Assembly (NCBI RefSeq): GCF_032062105.1 | Contig: NW_026939923.1 | Location: 1 to 64,000 of the forward strand | Length of the DNA: 64,000 bases | Source: Saccostrea cucullata | Taxonomy: Eukaryota | Direction of reading: 5' to 3' | Shown: piece after piece, positions 27,136 through 40,183 of the stretch | Layout: each line of letters starts with the position of its first letter | Position numbering within the stretch: position 1 is the first letter of the stretch | Translations under genes and position numbers: made by a program | The notes under the pieces: model-generated | Told to the model about the DNA's origin: nothing | The model's database searches: none | What the model saw: the letters and a program-made list of their open reading frames with translations, nothing else

Positions 27136-29975
27136 TGATAGGTTGGGATGTAAAGATTATTTAAGATACGATCTTTTTCAGGGGCGAAATTCACAAAAAA
27201 AAAAAAAAAAAAAAAAACGAACAAAAAATTAGGAAACCTAATTTTGATTATGTGATTAAATTTTATGCCAGACAATTTTATGGTCAGACTAGCTCAGTTA
27301 GTATATGTGCTGACTCTTACACTATCCATACTCTCTTTTTAATGTCGGTGGTTCGAATCCACCTGGTATGACAATTTTCAAGTTTTCATTTTTCGCATTT
27401 CAAAGACTATTTAATTTTTTTTTTATAGTCTTGTGCATTTTCTTTCAATTATCTATCCTTTATGCCTGCCCATTCATAATATAAGAAACACTAAAGACAG
27501 ATCAGATCGTATCATTCCAATATACAGTTGTTAGTCAGGCGGAACAATAATGCTTCTATGGCAAATGTCTGTATTTGGTCTCTGCCGAATTAGGCAAACG
27601 AGACTTCACATACATCAGCTGTTTGTGACTTGACATGTGTAAAATAAAAAAATAATATGTACGGCTACAAAGATTGTCATTGTAATGAACGATATTCGGA
27701 TAATTGTTCACTATGAAATTGATTGTTTTCTCCAGATGACAAAATCCTTAACCCTAAAAGTGCTGGAAGCAAGTTCCCTATCCGTGGATTTTACATAAAA
27801 TATAGCCGCCTTTTGATAAACTTCGTACAATAAAATTATTTAAATTATGTAAAATTGCAGAACAAAGGAACAGCGCACATACAGCTTGCTCCTAGCACTT
27901 TTCAAAATGCATGTAGTACGGACAACAGCTACATGTGTGTCTAAGAAAAATTACAATTTATAGTGAAACGGATATCGTTAAAGTTTTGATATCTTCGAAA
28001 GATTGTGTCCATATAAGGCCTATTCTTTTTCGATATAATAAGTTTAATATTTGTTTAATGCATTCAAAAATATGATTCATTTCAATAAGATAAAGCTTAT
28101 TGCCTGACGTCACGGCGTCACACTCTACTAAGGATTAATATTTCCGATGTTCGAAGCGAAGAGGTCACAGTTAGCCAGCAAAATTTTGTGCATGCTGATT
28201 ATCATCGGATTTTGTTACATTCGTTTCAGCAACAACAGTTAGCAGAAAACTAACCATATTGCTGATACAATAAATTGATGTATTTATTTTCTTTAGCTTT
28301 TTGATAGCAGCTATTTTTTCATGCACGTTCTGATAGGCCATGTCCGTTTGTCTTTTTTTCTGCGTTTCTATACAACTGGATTAGTCCATCTGTCTTCTAG
28401 GTAAGGGATGACTAAATCATTTCGCGCCAAAATGTCACGTGTAAGCTTTGCACCCTTTTCCTGGACTAGTCTATTGAATGGGAATGAAAACTGCATGAAT
28501 TATATAAAGTCTGTTCTTTTTTGTCGGAATCCTGGTAGAGCTTTGGAAAAAAAAAACATATCGGTGATATTATGAAGTGAGTTAGAAGTTACATCATTTA
28601 AAGTAATAAAAACGAAAGGAACAAATGGACAGGATATGTACTTGCCAAATATACATCTGATCATACCCACGCCCCCCCACCCCCCCACCCCCCCCCCCCT
28701 CTCAAGGGGTTATTCTCCACAGAGTAAAGACTTATGAAAGTGTCCTCTCACATTTTAAAATTGAGAAAGTTTATTCCTTTTTTGGTCGTACAAATGTTTT
28801 TGATGTGGACCCCTCATCCCTGGGAAAAACTTCCTGAATCCGCACCTGTCGCCATTCATATATCGCCGTCTTGTTTGTTGGGTCATTTGAGCATATAGGA
28901 CTTTAATTATTTATCCCACGTTTCCAACAATCGTTGATGCTCTGTCAAACCCAAGAAGGTATTAAACATATCCTGCATGTCAGTCATAACCGTTACGATT
29001 CCCAATTTCTGGTAAATATCATATTTTCAGCTGTCTTCCTCAAAGCCTATGCTGTTTATGCAGTTGAATCTAATTTATGTTACCTTTACATGTAGCCATG
29101 CTTTTCAGCATTAATCAATTACATTAGTATTTTCCCTCATTTACTTCGTACTAGCTCTAAAGCCATTTTTAGACTCGCAGGGTGAGTTGTTCATCTTTAC
29201 GTCGCGGGTTCGAATCTACAGCGGGACATGTACACGATTTTATTTTTATTTGAGATACAAACAATCAATACGTTTTATATAAAATGTCTTCTTTTTCCAT
29301 TCCTCTGATGAGTATCATACAACTTAAAATGAATGCATGATGTTTTGTGCAACACCTTCATAATTTACTCTTGTGAATTAATTTATCACCCTCCAACCTT
29401 ACCTCAATGTAAACGTTTATAACATATTATGCTTATAGGTTCTGTAGATATTGATGGCATTAGTCAGGCAAGCCTTTTAAAAAAGCTGTTACTTGTTTCA
29501 TTCAAAAGTTCATCAGTACAAGCTTCAATAATCAATTATAGCCTGATCTACGTGTCATGTACAGAGACACTTGGTGTGAAACTAGTCTGAGACCTCATCT
29601 CAGACAGTGCAACGAGACCAAGTTAGCTTTAATTCTACATTTAAAAAGTGTAGTAACAATAACAAGGTAAGTAACTGTACACCGTGGATTTTGTTGGCAA
29701 TATTTATGAGAAATTATTGCATGTACCGGTATAAGTGTATAAAAAAAATGTATTTTTTCGCCGCAAATCATTTGCACAGTACCATGGCGTCTTATCGCTT
29801 TCCCGAAGCTCTGCGAAGGCTGATGTACCAATGTGAGTCTTTAACCTAGCTTCCAGGTTAAGTCAAGGGTTTTATGGGTTTGACCTTAAAAATTTAGGTG
29901 CCATGTCACGGAAGGCACTGGCACAATAAAGAACCTTCACTGCTCAATGGCCCTAAGGGCGGAGTATAAGTCTAA
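27136..29975 (+). repeat. Array unit U4
   Basis: Colinear with U1 and U3; abuts U5 with no LINE spacer. Confidence 0.95.
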
Positions 29976-29983
29976 AGGATGTA

Positions 29984-32900
29984 TTCACTATGACAAAAGA
30001 ATTGACTTATAGGAGAGAATAATTTTCCGGAAAGAGTGACATTTGAAAAATAATCTTTATTGGTTGTTTTCTACCGTTTAATGTCTAAATTTTTCAAATT
30101 TGTACTTTATACCTAATCTTTATTTTCTACAACTTTACAATAAACCTCCAAAGTTTTCCAAAACACCATTTTGTCCTTTACAGCGTTGATTTTTGTATAT
30201 ATTTTGGCCTAGAAGTCCTTCAGGGCAGGCCTGCCCCTGAAAAAAAAAACTGTGATATTTTGATAGGTTTGGATGTAAAGAATAATTTAAGATAGGATTT
30301 TTTCAGGGGCACCCCTGCCCTAGGGTCGAAATTCACAAAAGAAAAAAAACGTACAAAAAATTTGGAAACCTAATTTTGATAATCTGCTTAAATTTTATGC
30401 CAGACAATTTTATGGTCAGACTAGCTCAGTAAGTATATGTGCTGACTCTTACACTATCTCATACTCTCTTTTTAATGTCGGTTGTTCGAATCCACCTGGT
30501 ATGACACTTTTCAAGTTTTCATTTTTCGCCTTTCAAAGACTATTTAATTTTTTTTTATAGTCTTGTGCATTTTCTTTCAATTATCTATCCTTTATGCCTG
30601 CCCATTCATAATATAAGAAACACTAAAGACAGATCAGATCGTATCATTCCAATATACAGTTGTTAGTCAGGCGGAACAATAATGCTTCTATGGCAAATGT
30701 CTGTATTTGGTCTCTGCCGAATTAGACAAACGAGACTTCACTTACATCAGCTGTTTGTGACTTGACATGTGTAAAATAAAAAAAAAATATGTACGGCTAC
30801 AAAGATTGTCATTAAAATGAACGATATTCGGATAATTGTTCACTATAAAATTGATTGTTTTCTCCTTATGACAAAATTCTTAACCCTAAAAGTGCTGGAA
30901 GCAAGTTCCCTATCCCTGGATTTTATATAAAATATAGCCGCCTTTTGATAAACTTTGTACAATAAAATTATTCGCATTTAAATTATGTAAAATTGAAGAA
31001 CAAAGCAACAGCGCACATACAGCTTGCTCCCAGCACTTTTCAAAAATGCATGTTGTACGGACAACAGCTACATGTGTGTCTTAAAAAATTACAATTTATA
31101 GTTAAGCGGATATCGTTAAAGTTTTGATATCTTCAAAGGGTTGTGTCCATATGAGGCCTATTCTTTTTCGATATAATAAGTTTAATATTGGTTTAATGCA
31201 TTCAAAAATATGATTCATTTCAATAAGATAAAGCTTATTGCCTGACGTCACGGCGTCAGACACTACTAAGGATCAATATTTCCGATGTTCGAAGCTAAGA
31301 GGTCACAGTTAGCCAGCAAAATTTTGTGCATGCTGATTATCATCGGATTTTGTTACATGCGTTTCAGCAACAACAGTTAGCAGAAAAATAACCATATTGC
31401 TGATACAATAAATTGATGTCTTTATTTTCTTTAGCTTTTTGATAGCAGCTATTTTTTCATGCACGTTCTGATAGGCCATGTCCGTTTGTCTTTTTTTCTG
31501 CGTTTCTATACAACTGGATTAGTCCATCTGTCTTCTAGGTAAGAGATGACTCAATCATTTCGCGCCAAAATGTCACGTGTAAGCTTTGCACCCTTTTCCT
31601 GGACTAGTCTATTGAATGGGAATGAAAACTGCATGAATTATATAAAGTCTGTTCTTTTTTGTCGGAATCCTGGTAGAGCTTTGGAAAAAAAAAACATATC
31701 GGTGATATTATGAAGTGAGTTAGAAATTACATCTTTTAAAGTAATAAAAACGAAACGAATAAATGGACAGGATATGTACTTGCCAAATATACATCTGATC
31801 ATACCCACGCCCCCACCCCCACCCCCCACCCCCCTCAAGGGGTTATTCTCCACAGAGTAAAGACTTATGAAAGTGTCCTCTCATATTTCAAAATTGAGAA
31901 AGTTTATTCCTTTTTTGCTCGTACAAATGTTTTTGATGTGGACCCCTTATCCCTGGGAAATACTTTCTGAATTTGCATCTGTCGCCATTCATATATCGCC
32001 GTCTTGTTTGTTTGGGTCATTTAAGCATATAGGACTTTAACTATTTATCCCACGTTTCCAACAATCGTTGATGCTCTGTCAAACCCAAGAAGGTATTAAA
32101 CATATTCTGCATGTCAGTCATAACCGTTACGATTCCCAATTTCTTGTAAATATCATATTTTCAGCTGTCTTCCTCAAAGCCTATGCTGTATATGCAGTTG
32201 AATCTAATTTATGTTACCTTTACATGTAGCCATGCTTTCCAGCATTAATCAATTACATTTGTATTTTCCCTCATTTACTTTGTCCTAGCTCTAAAGCCAT
32301 TTTTAGACTCGCAGGGTGAGTTGTTCATCTTAATGTCGCGGGTTCGAATCTACAGCGGGATATGTACACGATTTTATTTTTATTTGAGATACAAACAATT
32401 AATACGTTTTATATAAAATGTGTTCTTTTTCCATTCCTTTGATGAGTATCATACAACTTAAAATGAATGCATGATGTTTTGTGCAACACCTTCATAATTT
32501 ACTCTTGTGAATTAATTTATCACCCTCCCACCTTTCCTTAATGTAAACGTTTATAACATATTATGCTTATAGGTTCTGTAGATATTGATGGCATTAGTCA
32601 GGCAAGCCTTTTTAAAAAGCTGTTACTTGTTTTATTCAAATGTTCAGTACAAGCTTCAATAATCAATTATAGCCTGATCTACATGTACGTGTCATGTACA
32701 GAGACACTTGGGTGAAACTAGTCTGAGACCTCATCTCAGACAGTAAAACGATACCAAATTAGCTTTAATTCTACATTTAAAAAGTGTAGTAACAATAACA
32801 AGGTAAGTAACTGTACAACGTGATTTTTGTTGACAATATTTATGAGAAATTACTGCATGTACCGATATAAGTGTATGAAAAGAAAAATTGTATTTTTTCG

Positions 32901-33119
32901 CCGCAAATCATTCGCACAGTACCATGGCGTCTAATCGCTTTCCCGAAGCTCTGCGAAGGCTGATGTACCTATGGGAGTCTTTAACCTAGCTTCCGGGTTA
33001 AGTCACGGTTTTTATGAGTATGACCTTAAAAATACAAGTCCCATGTCATGGATGGCACTAGCACAATAAAGAACCTTTACTGCTCAAGGGCCCTAGGGGC
33101 CGAGTATAGGTCAAAATTT
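29984..33119 (+). repeat. Array unit U5 (full-length, probable source copy continuous with the unique gene body)
   Basis: Only copy in which the terminal SINE runs on to its 3' tail and into unique sequence. Confidence 0.93.
32700..32802 (+). promoter_or_regulatory. Candidate promoter-proximal non-coding exon 1 of the GIMAP gene (5' boundary unknown)
   Basis: Consensus donor AAG|GTAAGT at 32802/32803, 607 nt upstream of a strong acceptor (TTCTTTTATTTTCCTTTAG, ending 33409). Confidence 0.45.
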
Positions 33120-33200
33120 GAAGTCCTTCGCTGGCATATTGTCACGTCTCTATATGAGTGTAAATTTTTTCGAATGGGACATTTAACAATATTTACTTAC
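33040..33200 (+). mobile_element. Bivalve-type SINE, 3' half (truncated copies end U1-U4)
   Basis: GCACAATAAAGAACCTTTACTGCTCAA..GGCCGAGTATAGGTCAAAATTTGAAGTCCTTC..ACGTCTCTATATGAGTG..GGGACATTTAACAATA resembles the abundant oyster SINE body and tail (from memory). Confidence 0.7.
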
Positions 33201-33440
33201 ATTCAGTTTAATTGTCCTTATGAAATAGATTAGAAAACGACAACGGTCAAAACTGCAACGATATAAAATTGTACACATAAATTACAAATCTAAATAGAAA
33301 ACTGAAGCTTCATTCAAGACATATATACATTGTCTCAAAGTTTATAAAAAGTCTTTATCCGTAACCTTTGTTGTAACTGGCATTTAAATGTTCTTTTATT
33401 TTCCTTTAGACAGAACAAAAACAACCACGTGTAAAGAAGA

Positions 33441-33489
33441 ATGAAGAAAATTCTCCTTATGTGCATTTTTCTAACCGTATATGGTCATG
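33441..33489 (+). CDS. GIMAP: Putative first coding exon of the GIMAP gene: signal-peptide-like MKKILLMCIFLTVYGH(E)
   Basis: Acceptor at 33409, ATG at 33441, and donor G|GTAAGT at 33489/33490 in phase 1, matching the phase-1 acceptor at 44565/44566. Confidence 0.65.
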
Positions 33490-34339
33490 GTAAGTGCATT
33501 TTAAACAAATGTAACATTTCCCTCTTCCCACTACCCTGTAAAATGCATTGAGAAATAAATCCATGTCAAGTCTTAAGGCTATCTCCAGGCACACTGCTCT
33601 TGATATCACACATGCGAAAAGACATAAGCATATTTTCTTTCTCCGTTTTCAACGTTCTCGTTTTGTAATAAAAGATCAACCATAATCTACTGCAATGCGA
33701 AAAATGCATGTAATGGCTGTTTCGTACGAATGGGTGGAAGAGAACCCACCAGTTGCTCTGCTGGTTACATGTAAGCCTTGCTGTGACAACATTTACTGCA
33801 TTATTCAAATTTCCTCTCTTTCGGATATTATCCAAAAATCGGACGAGATCATAGATAGAGTATGATTTGTTTCTGTTACATGTCTTCCTTTTCAATTTTA
33901 GTTTTTTTTTGGGAAGAATGATGGGATATCTAGCATTTAAGATAAGAATATTGTATGTTTTAACCGTCCATCACATTTCAAAAGTCTGCCTTCATCGCAG
34001 GGATGGGGTCGATTACTTTCAAAAGTAATCGATTAAATTACAATTACTTTGGATTTTAAAAGTAATCGATTACAGGCTGATTACAGATATTTTTTAAAGT
34101 AATCAATTACATCTGATTACTTTTCCTTCATGTAATCATAATAACCTATGACTACTTTAGATTACATTAAGTTTTATGTTTTTATTTAATATTCAAGGAC
34201 AACGTCATGCTTTTATTCTTCCTATTTTAAATATCATTAATATTTTTAAGATAGATTTCAGACAAAGTTTGGTTGTATATGTCTTTATATAGAAGCATGA
34301 TATTTATCTTATAATACCTGAATTCCATCTTTAATACAT

Positions 34340-36849
34340 GAGCCTCGTCGGATAGAAATCGACCTTATCGTATGCAACGCCATAATGAGAAAAAAGGGAA
34401 TAAAGTTGAGAAAGATTTCCCGGTAATTTTACTACACATGGTTTTCACGTTAAGGAATGTTTTAGACATCGTCAACTGCAGTTCAAAGATTTTTTCTTCG
34501 AAAAATCTGATCATTTTAAACATGTACTAATAAAATAAACATATTTTAAATGTATTCCCCTTCGTAGAGCCTTATTTTTTTTTTTATTGTTACCATGGAT
34601 CAATGTAAAGACAAGCAAGAGGGATGCCGAGTCCGACCTACACTTTTTTTTTCAAACCGCAGAAGACGTAAGGCCATATCTAACACCAGATAAATAATAA
34701 GTTGGTAGACATATAGCGAAGAAAAAATGGCATTGTGCATTACTGAGGAAGTACGGAATATATTTTTTATTGTAGTTTAGAGTATAAATTTTAGCCAGAG
34801 GAGACGTAATCTGGTACAGAAAATCGCACATGTACTGATGCAGTAATAGCCTAGTGTTTGAACTTCATTTACTATTCATCGTGTGACGTATTCATTCATT
34901 CACGATTAAATTCGCAATATTATATTAGATATACTTAAATGTTTCATGTCTTTGAATGAATTTACGTGTATTTTCGAATTTATCACAGAAATTAACCAAC
35001 CAACCAAAACAAAACAAACAGAGCTCTAGGCATATCGATTCAGTGCAAAATGTACAAAGGCCACGATTCAACAACTTTTAAAATGCATTTTTCTAATTAC
35101 AATATCAAGAGATATCAAGAAACAATTAATACCGGTAAGGTAAGGCAATTTCTTCATATGTCAGTAATTCCCAAACGGAAACACGTATTGTCCGAAGCGA
35201 CTGGATACGATAAATTGTGCAAGTTGCTTCCCTTTGACACAAAAAAGAGGCTCAACACGGGGAATCATTTAATTAAAAAAAAAGATGTTTTTTTTTCTCT
35301 CTATCTTAACTTTTGTCTCTCTTCCATTACCAGATTTTAAGTTAATTTTCGTTAATATTTCACTCCTTATTTTGCAAGTTTATAAAAAATACCGACGATG
35401 GATTTTCTTTGATTTTTAAACTTCTTTAACTTGGCTGGCGAAAATGTAAGAAGATGGGCCCGATTTGTAAAACATATCCTTCTACGTCATTAATATTTAA
35501 AAGAGTTGTAAACCAAAATTTTACTCTACAGTCGGATGTAAAAAAAAATAGTTTTGTGAAAGGTGTTCTGAAATATTCAGCATAATGTTAAGTATTTTGA
35601 ACCCCGTTAATACCAAACTTTTTCCAAAAATCATATCTTGAGCAGCTGGATTTCACCTGTTCGTGAATAACAGGAATATGGTTTCGTTTTGTACTAAGAC
35701 TTTCACTTATAACATCAAAACGTTCTCTACATTATAAATTTCTTCTACAATTCTCTTTTTTTAAAAGAGAGGGTGGATACCCACAACAGATAACTTAATT
35801 ATTAATCTCATTTTTTTTTTATTGATTTATTTTATTTACAAAATCATAAAACAAACAATTATGAAATGTCTATAATTTTATAAGTGTTGTGTTGGACTGG
35901 GTTAGGAACGGGATAGCAGAATGTTGTCGATGCGTACGCCGCGTGCCTTCATACATATTATTTTTCTCTAAAGGAGAGTTATTTTTTTTTGGGGGGGGGG
36001 GGGGCTTCCTACCTAATAAAATGAGCTTACTTTTAGACACAGCGCTAGTATCACACCATGTTTGATTTCACGAAATCACTATGTATATACAGATGGATGT
36101 GATTTTTTAAATTTAAATTAAGAATAATTATTGTAGCATGATTTAAGTTGTGATTTTATTGGCTGCATGGTTCATGTATTTTCTGTAAGAAACTAGGTAT
36201 TTCTGCGATCGAATCCGAATCCCTGTAAATTTGGACTCGATCTCATTGGTTCCCTTTTCCTTTACATGGTGATTACGTAAAATCAAACATAGTGTGTTAA
36301 CTAACTTGCATGCTTTGAGGATGCAGGCTTTATCAAACGTAAAAGCAGCATGGTATAGATCTACATTTTGTTTATTGGAAGTTATTCATAGAGACAAAGC
36401 TGTCGGTACGAAAAAAAGACAGAAAAGTAGAAATTAAAGATCTTGGTGGGGGTGGGGGTGTACGTAGTGTATTCGCTTTTTAAAGGATTTAAAATACAGT
36501 TAACATAGTTTTTGGGATTGTACATCATGATCCTCTGTTTTTGTCATTTATTAAGCAATTCTTTTAACTTAGGCATGATGACCGCTTGGATTGCTACGCG
36601 TTGACAGGTGCCCTACCGAACAACTGAGAATAAACCATGACGTCACAATTGAATCGTGAAAAACCACGATATGCTCAGAGTTAATTTTGCAAACATACCA
36701 ATTTCAAAATGTAATAACTTTATTATAAATGAAGATATTTTGATTCCGTTTTCAGTTTTTGTAATGGTTTTACATGGACCATTAAAAAACACAAAAATCT
36801 AAAATTCGATAAATTTTGCCATAAGGTCGATTTCTATCCGACGAGGCTC
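34340..36849. mobile_element. Non-autonomous Sola2-like TIR element nested in the hAT element
   Basis: Perfect 29-bp TIR GAGCCTCGTCGGATAGAAATCGACCTTAT; 4-bp TSD ACAT; GAG terminus. Confidence 0.85.
36052..36296. mobile_element. MITE-like inverted-repeat element nested in the Sola2-like element
   Basis: CACACCATGTTTGATTTCACGAAATCACTATGTA is an imperfect inverted repeat of TACATGGTGATTACGTAAAATCAAACATAGTGTG; no clear TSD. Confidence 0.6.
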
Positions 36850-37838
36850 ACATGTAAATATCTCGTTACTATTGAGAGAATTAGAAAAAAGAATTTATTA
36901 AAGTTTTTTTTAATAAATCAAACTAAACATAATGATAGTAGGGATAAAGGGATTCGATAGGGAATTGTTACACAAGTAATTGACATTCCTGACGAGTGAT
37001 GGACTTTTCAATTAAACTGCCAATTATTACCTGGTGGATGTTTTTACTAGAATTAACACATTGACTGGACAAGCATGGATAGTTCAATAATTACTATTAC
37101 CCAAGCTGACCTAATTTTAGTATACCTGTGTTTTATGACTAATTAATTCACGTATCTTTTATGTACATTGTGAATCAAAAAAAGTGATTTTTAGAATACG
37201 CCTCAATAAAGGAACATTTGCTATAAAAAAGATTTTTTCAAAGACTTACAGGGAATACAAATTGTTGCATTACACGCATGTTCATTAATTGAAACAAAAA
37301 TAATTCAAACTTTAAAATGATCCTGTAGTAATTTTCTATCAGTTTATACATATATCTTGTCAAAAATAGCGAATTGCTAAGCTGCTAAAGTATTTTGAAC
37401 TGACTACTGAATATAGCAAGAAACTGATAGAATTTACTCATTGTCTGGACAATAGACCTGATTACAAGCATTTCTGGAGGCGTAAGAAGAAGATACTTTA
37501 TTAAATATAGCTTAATAACTTTTTTTAATAAAATATATTTACAAGGAAAAATATTCACTGAAAATCATCAAAAATAATGATTTTATGAACTTTGCTTTAA
37601 TAATTGTAATCATAAAGTAATCAAAAAGTAATCATGATTACAGGACTTTTTTCGGAGTAATTGATTAGATTACGATTACTTGTAATCAGAAAAATGGGTG
37701 ATTACTGATTACTCATGATTACTTGGCGAACTGTAATCGATTACAGCTGTTTACGATTACTGATTACGATTACCCCATCCCTGCTTCATCGATTACTGGT
37801 TTCAAACATTGCTGTTTTGTTGTAGAGGTTTGTTTTAA

Positions 37839-38935
37839 CGAGGCCCGATCTAGTTGAAAATTACGAAAACGGAATGATAAAAATTTTTAATTTTTGGAAA
37901 TATACTTGTGTGTTTTATGCTTAGAAAAATTAGAATGAAATTTTGTTACCTTGACTTTATTGTAGTGAAATGGGGGTATTGTCAATATATGGGCCATTTT
38001 TTCGTGTTTTTATACACAACTACATACTAAAACTCTTCAATAAACATAGAAATTTACAAATAAAAAAAAAAAATACATGGTGAAATTCTTTGTTTTTCAC
38101 ATATGTAATGCAAATTTCATTCTTCTTATACAAAATGAAAAGAAAATTGGTAGCCTTCATTGCAGTGAAAAGGGGGCATGTCAAAACACAAAATTTGGAT
38201 TTTTTCATCCAACTACGTATTTTATAGGTCGCTATAGGTTTACATAACACCAACAAACATTGCAATACTGTATTAGTTTCTAAAAATAAATAATTTTTAC
38301 ATTATGAAATAATTTTCTCGCGATGCTTAATTTTTCTCTCAACACGCAACATTGTTTTACGTGGAAAAAAAGGGTAGAGGGGGGAGAGGGATTAAAGGCG
38401 AGAAAAATTGCGATTTTTACTAATATCATGTTATATATAGAAAAATAAAATATTCAGGGGGTTCAATTTAACTGACTTATGGACTTATTTCATTTTTTAA
38501 AACTTCAGATAATCCATGCATATTTAAGTCCGTAATAAAAGGGGTGTGTATAAAGACTTCAACATGTTCAAAGAGAAAGACTAAAATCGTTTACTTTAAT
38601 TAGTTGCAGTGTTTTTTTTTTAAACTCACAAATTGAAATAAAACAAGATAAATTAATGAATCTGTACCAAAAAATTGATCCCTCAAAATTGATAAGGTTC
38701 CAAATTTGTTTATTTATTTAAATATTCAAAAAAAAAAAGAAGAAATGCCAGCTTTCAATGCATAGTCTGTAGAACTACCAGGTAAGCAAGATCAGCGAAA
38801 CATTTTAGCGCAATATGACGTCATTTTAATTGTGACGTTATTGTGTTTTATTGTTACGGCAGTCAAAGGTATTGTGACGTGCCTGAGACGACGCTGCGTA
38901 AAAACGTATGCGCAGATCAAGTAGATCGGGCCTCG
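37839..38935. mobile_element. Non-autonomous TIR element flanked by TTAA (or TA)
   Basis: TTAA-CGAGGCCCGATCTAGTTGA ... TCAAGTAGATCGGGCCTCG-TTAA; removal restores the BEL reading path. Confidence 0.85.
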
Positions 38936-40183
38936 TTAATTTAGTAATGTGTATTTACAATGAAATACTTATTTCTTGACAGTCCTTATGATTTGAGTTT
39001 CTACCTCTTCAATTTCTTCATCAATCAGTCCTCCTATGAGTCTTTTCATGAATTTTAGTCTGCATATAAGTAGAAAGCGATTCCTCTATGATTGATCTTG
39101 AACAAGTCGTATCCCAGGTTTCTGGGTTTAAACAATTCTGAATATCATTAGATCATCTGTTTCTGTGAGAACGAATATGAAAAAAAGACAACTTCTCTGT
39201 TCGACTTTCTTCTTTTCATTATCAGTGTCTTGCATTTCCACTTCATGTTTGGCAACTGTGATTCGTCCTAATAAAGACAGATATTATCCCCTTGTAATTT
39301 TGAAACAGACTATCTCCAGGACATCATATTTGCAAAATTGAAAGGACATAGGAAACGATTCCTAACGCCATACTTTTACTTTTTAAACCCAAAGCTACAT
39401 ATAAAAGAATGCTAAATTACGAGTAGTTATATTTTCTGACCTTTGTTCTGTTGTAAACAAAAGATAAAAAAGAATTCCAATTGTTACTTTTCTTACCCGC
39501 TTATCGTTCTTGATTTTGTGGTTTTATAAAGTTTAATTATATTTTATTTTTGAGAATATAAACGCGTGTCTGTGTTCAAATAAGTTATATGATTTCGTAG
39601 TTTCTTCATTTCAATTTGAACAAGTCGTTAATAAATAACGCCAACTGTAAACTTGGCTTGAAGATGACCCTGATGAATATTCTGTAACAATTACCCCTTC
39701 ATCTTCCAAATACTTACTCAATATAACTCAAAACTTCAGAAACAAATTAAGATGATTTTCTATATTAAATACAAAATCAAAAGGATTTTATCGTCTTTTG
39801 AAGAAAAAATATTAAATATCCTTTTTAAATCCAGGTAAATCGCGAAATGCAACAACAATAGAATGATGCATTAAGATTAACATATATCAACTTACAGTAG
39901 AAATTTGATTAGGCCTATAGAAATATAAAAGGAAATTTTAATAAGTGTGTAGGGAATATCCATCATATATACTCCAAAAATTAACACGGGGACCAGTGAT
40001 ATTGAAGTCCATGATAAGCGTGTACTACTTAAATATTCAGCATGTTTAAAGTTTCGTATTCTTTGGTCTGAAAGACACATATTGCTGCAATATCGATATA
40101 GCAGTAGAATCCCTGAGCATTTGACAAGAGATCATGATCGTATTCTCGTACAGAAAGATAATGCATTATTACAAATACTAATA

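Larger units (their letters stand above)
1..33119. repeat. Tandem segmental array: five copies of a ~2.8-3.1 kb unit (U1-U5) separated by Tx1-type LINE relics; probably continues left of the window
   Basis: The same landmark (AACAAG|GTAAGT) recurs with the exon-side G at 2797, 20485, 25075, 29666 and 32802. Spacings are 4590, 4591 and 3136 bp, and 17688 bp where transposons intervene. Copies differ only by scattered SNPs and small indels. Confidence 0.97.
33998..37783. mobile_element. Non-autonomous hAT element
   Basis: TIR CAGGGATGGGGT...ACCCCATCCCTG; perfect 8-bp TSD CTTCATCG (33990-33997, 37784-37791); subterminal GATTAC/GTAATC repeats. Confidence 0.93.
33560..39270 (-). mobile_element. 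Heavily decayed BEL/Pao LTR retrotransposon pol fragment (RNase H-integrase linker, H2C2, integrase start), split by insertions into 33560-33997, 37784-37838 and 38936-39270
   Basis: After removing the insertions, frameshifted pieces read EEIEEVETQIIR..LKPVIDEGRLLKCDGRLK..RYPIILPKK..TNHTLSMISSDFWII..CSKC..VDYG..LCLFACVISRAVCLEIA, which are typical Pao motifs. Confidence 0.85.

Noticed and set aside
26943-27275. Chimeric ORF joining unit sequence to an RT fragment (also 22364-22615)
   Set aside because: Spans a deletion junction and a variable poly-T run; the frame is not conserved between copies.
33566-33895. 109-aa ORF with YDLVRFLDNIR resembling an RNase L/IRE1 KEN motif
   Set aside because: Other frames of the same DNA give BEL/Pao integrase motifs (FWII, VDYG, LCLFAC..RAV.LE); the ORF is an off-frame artefact.
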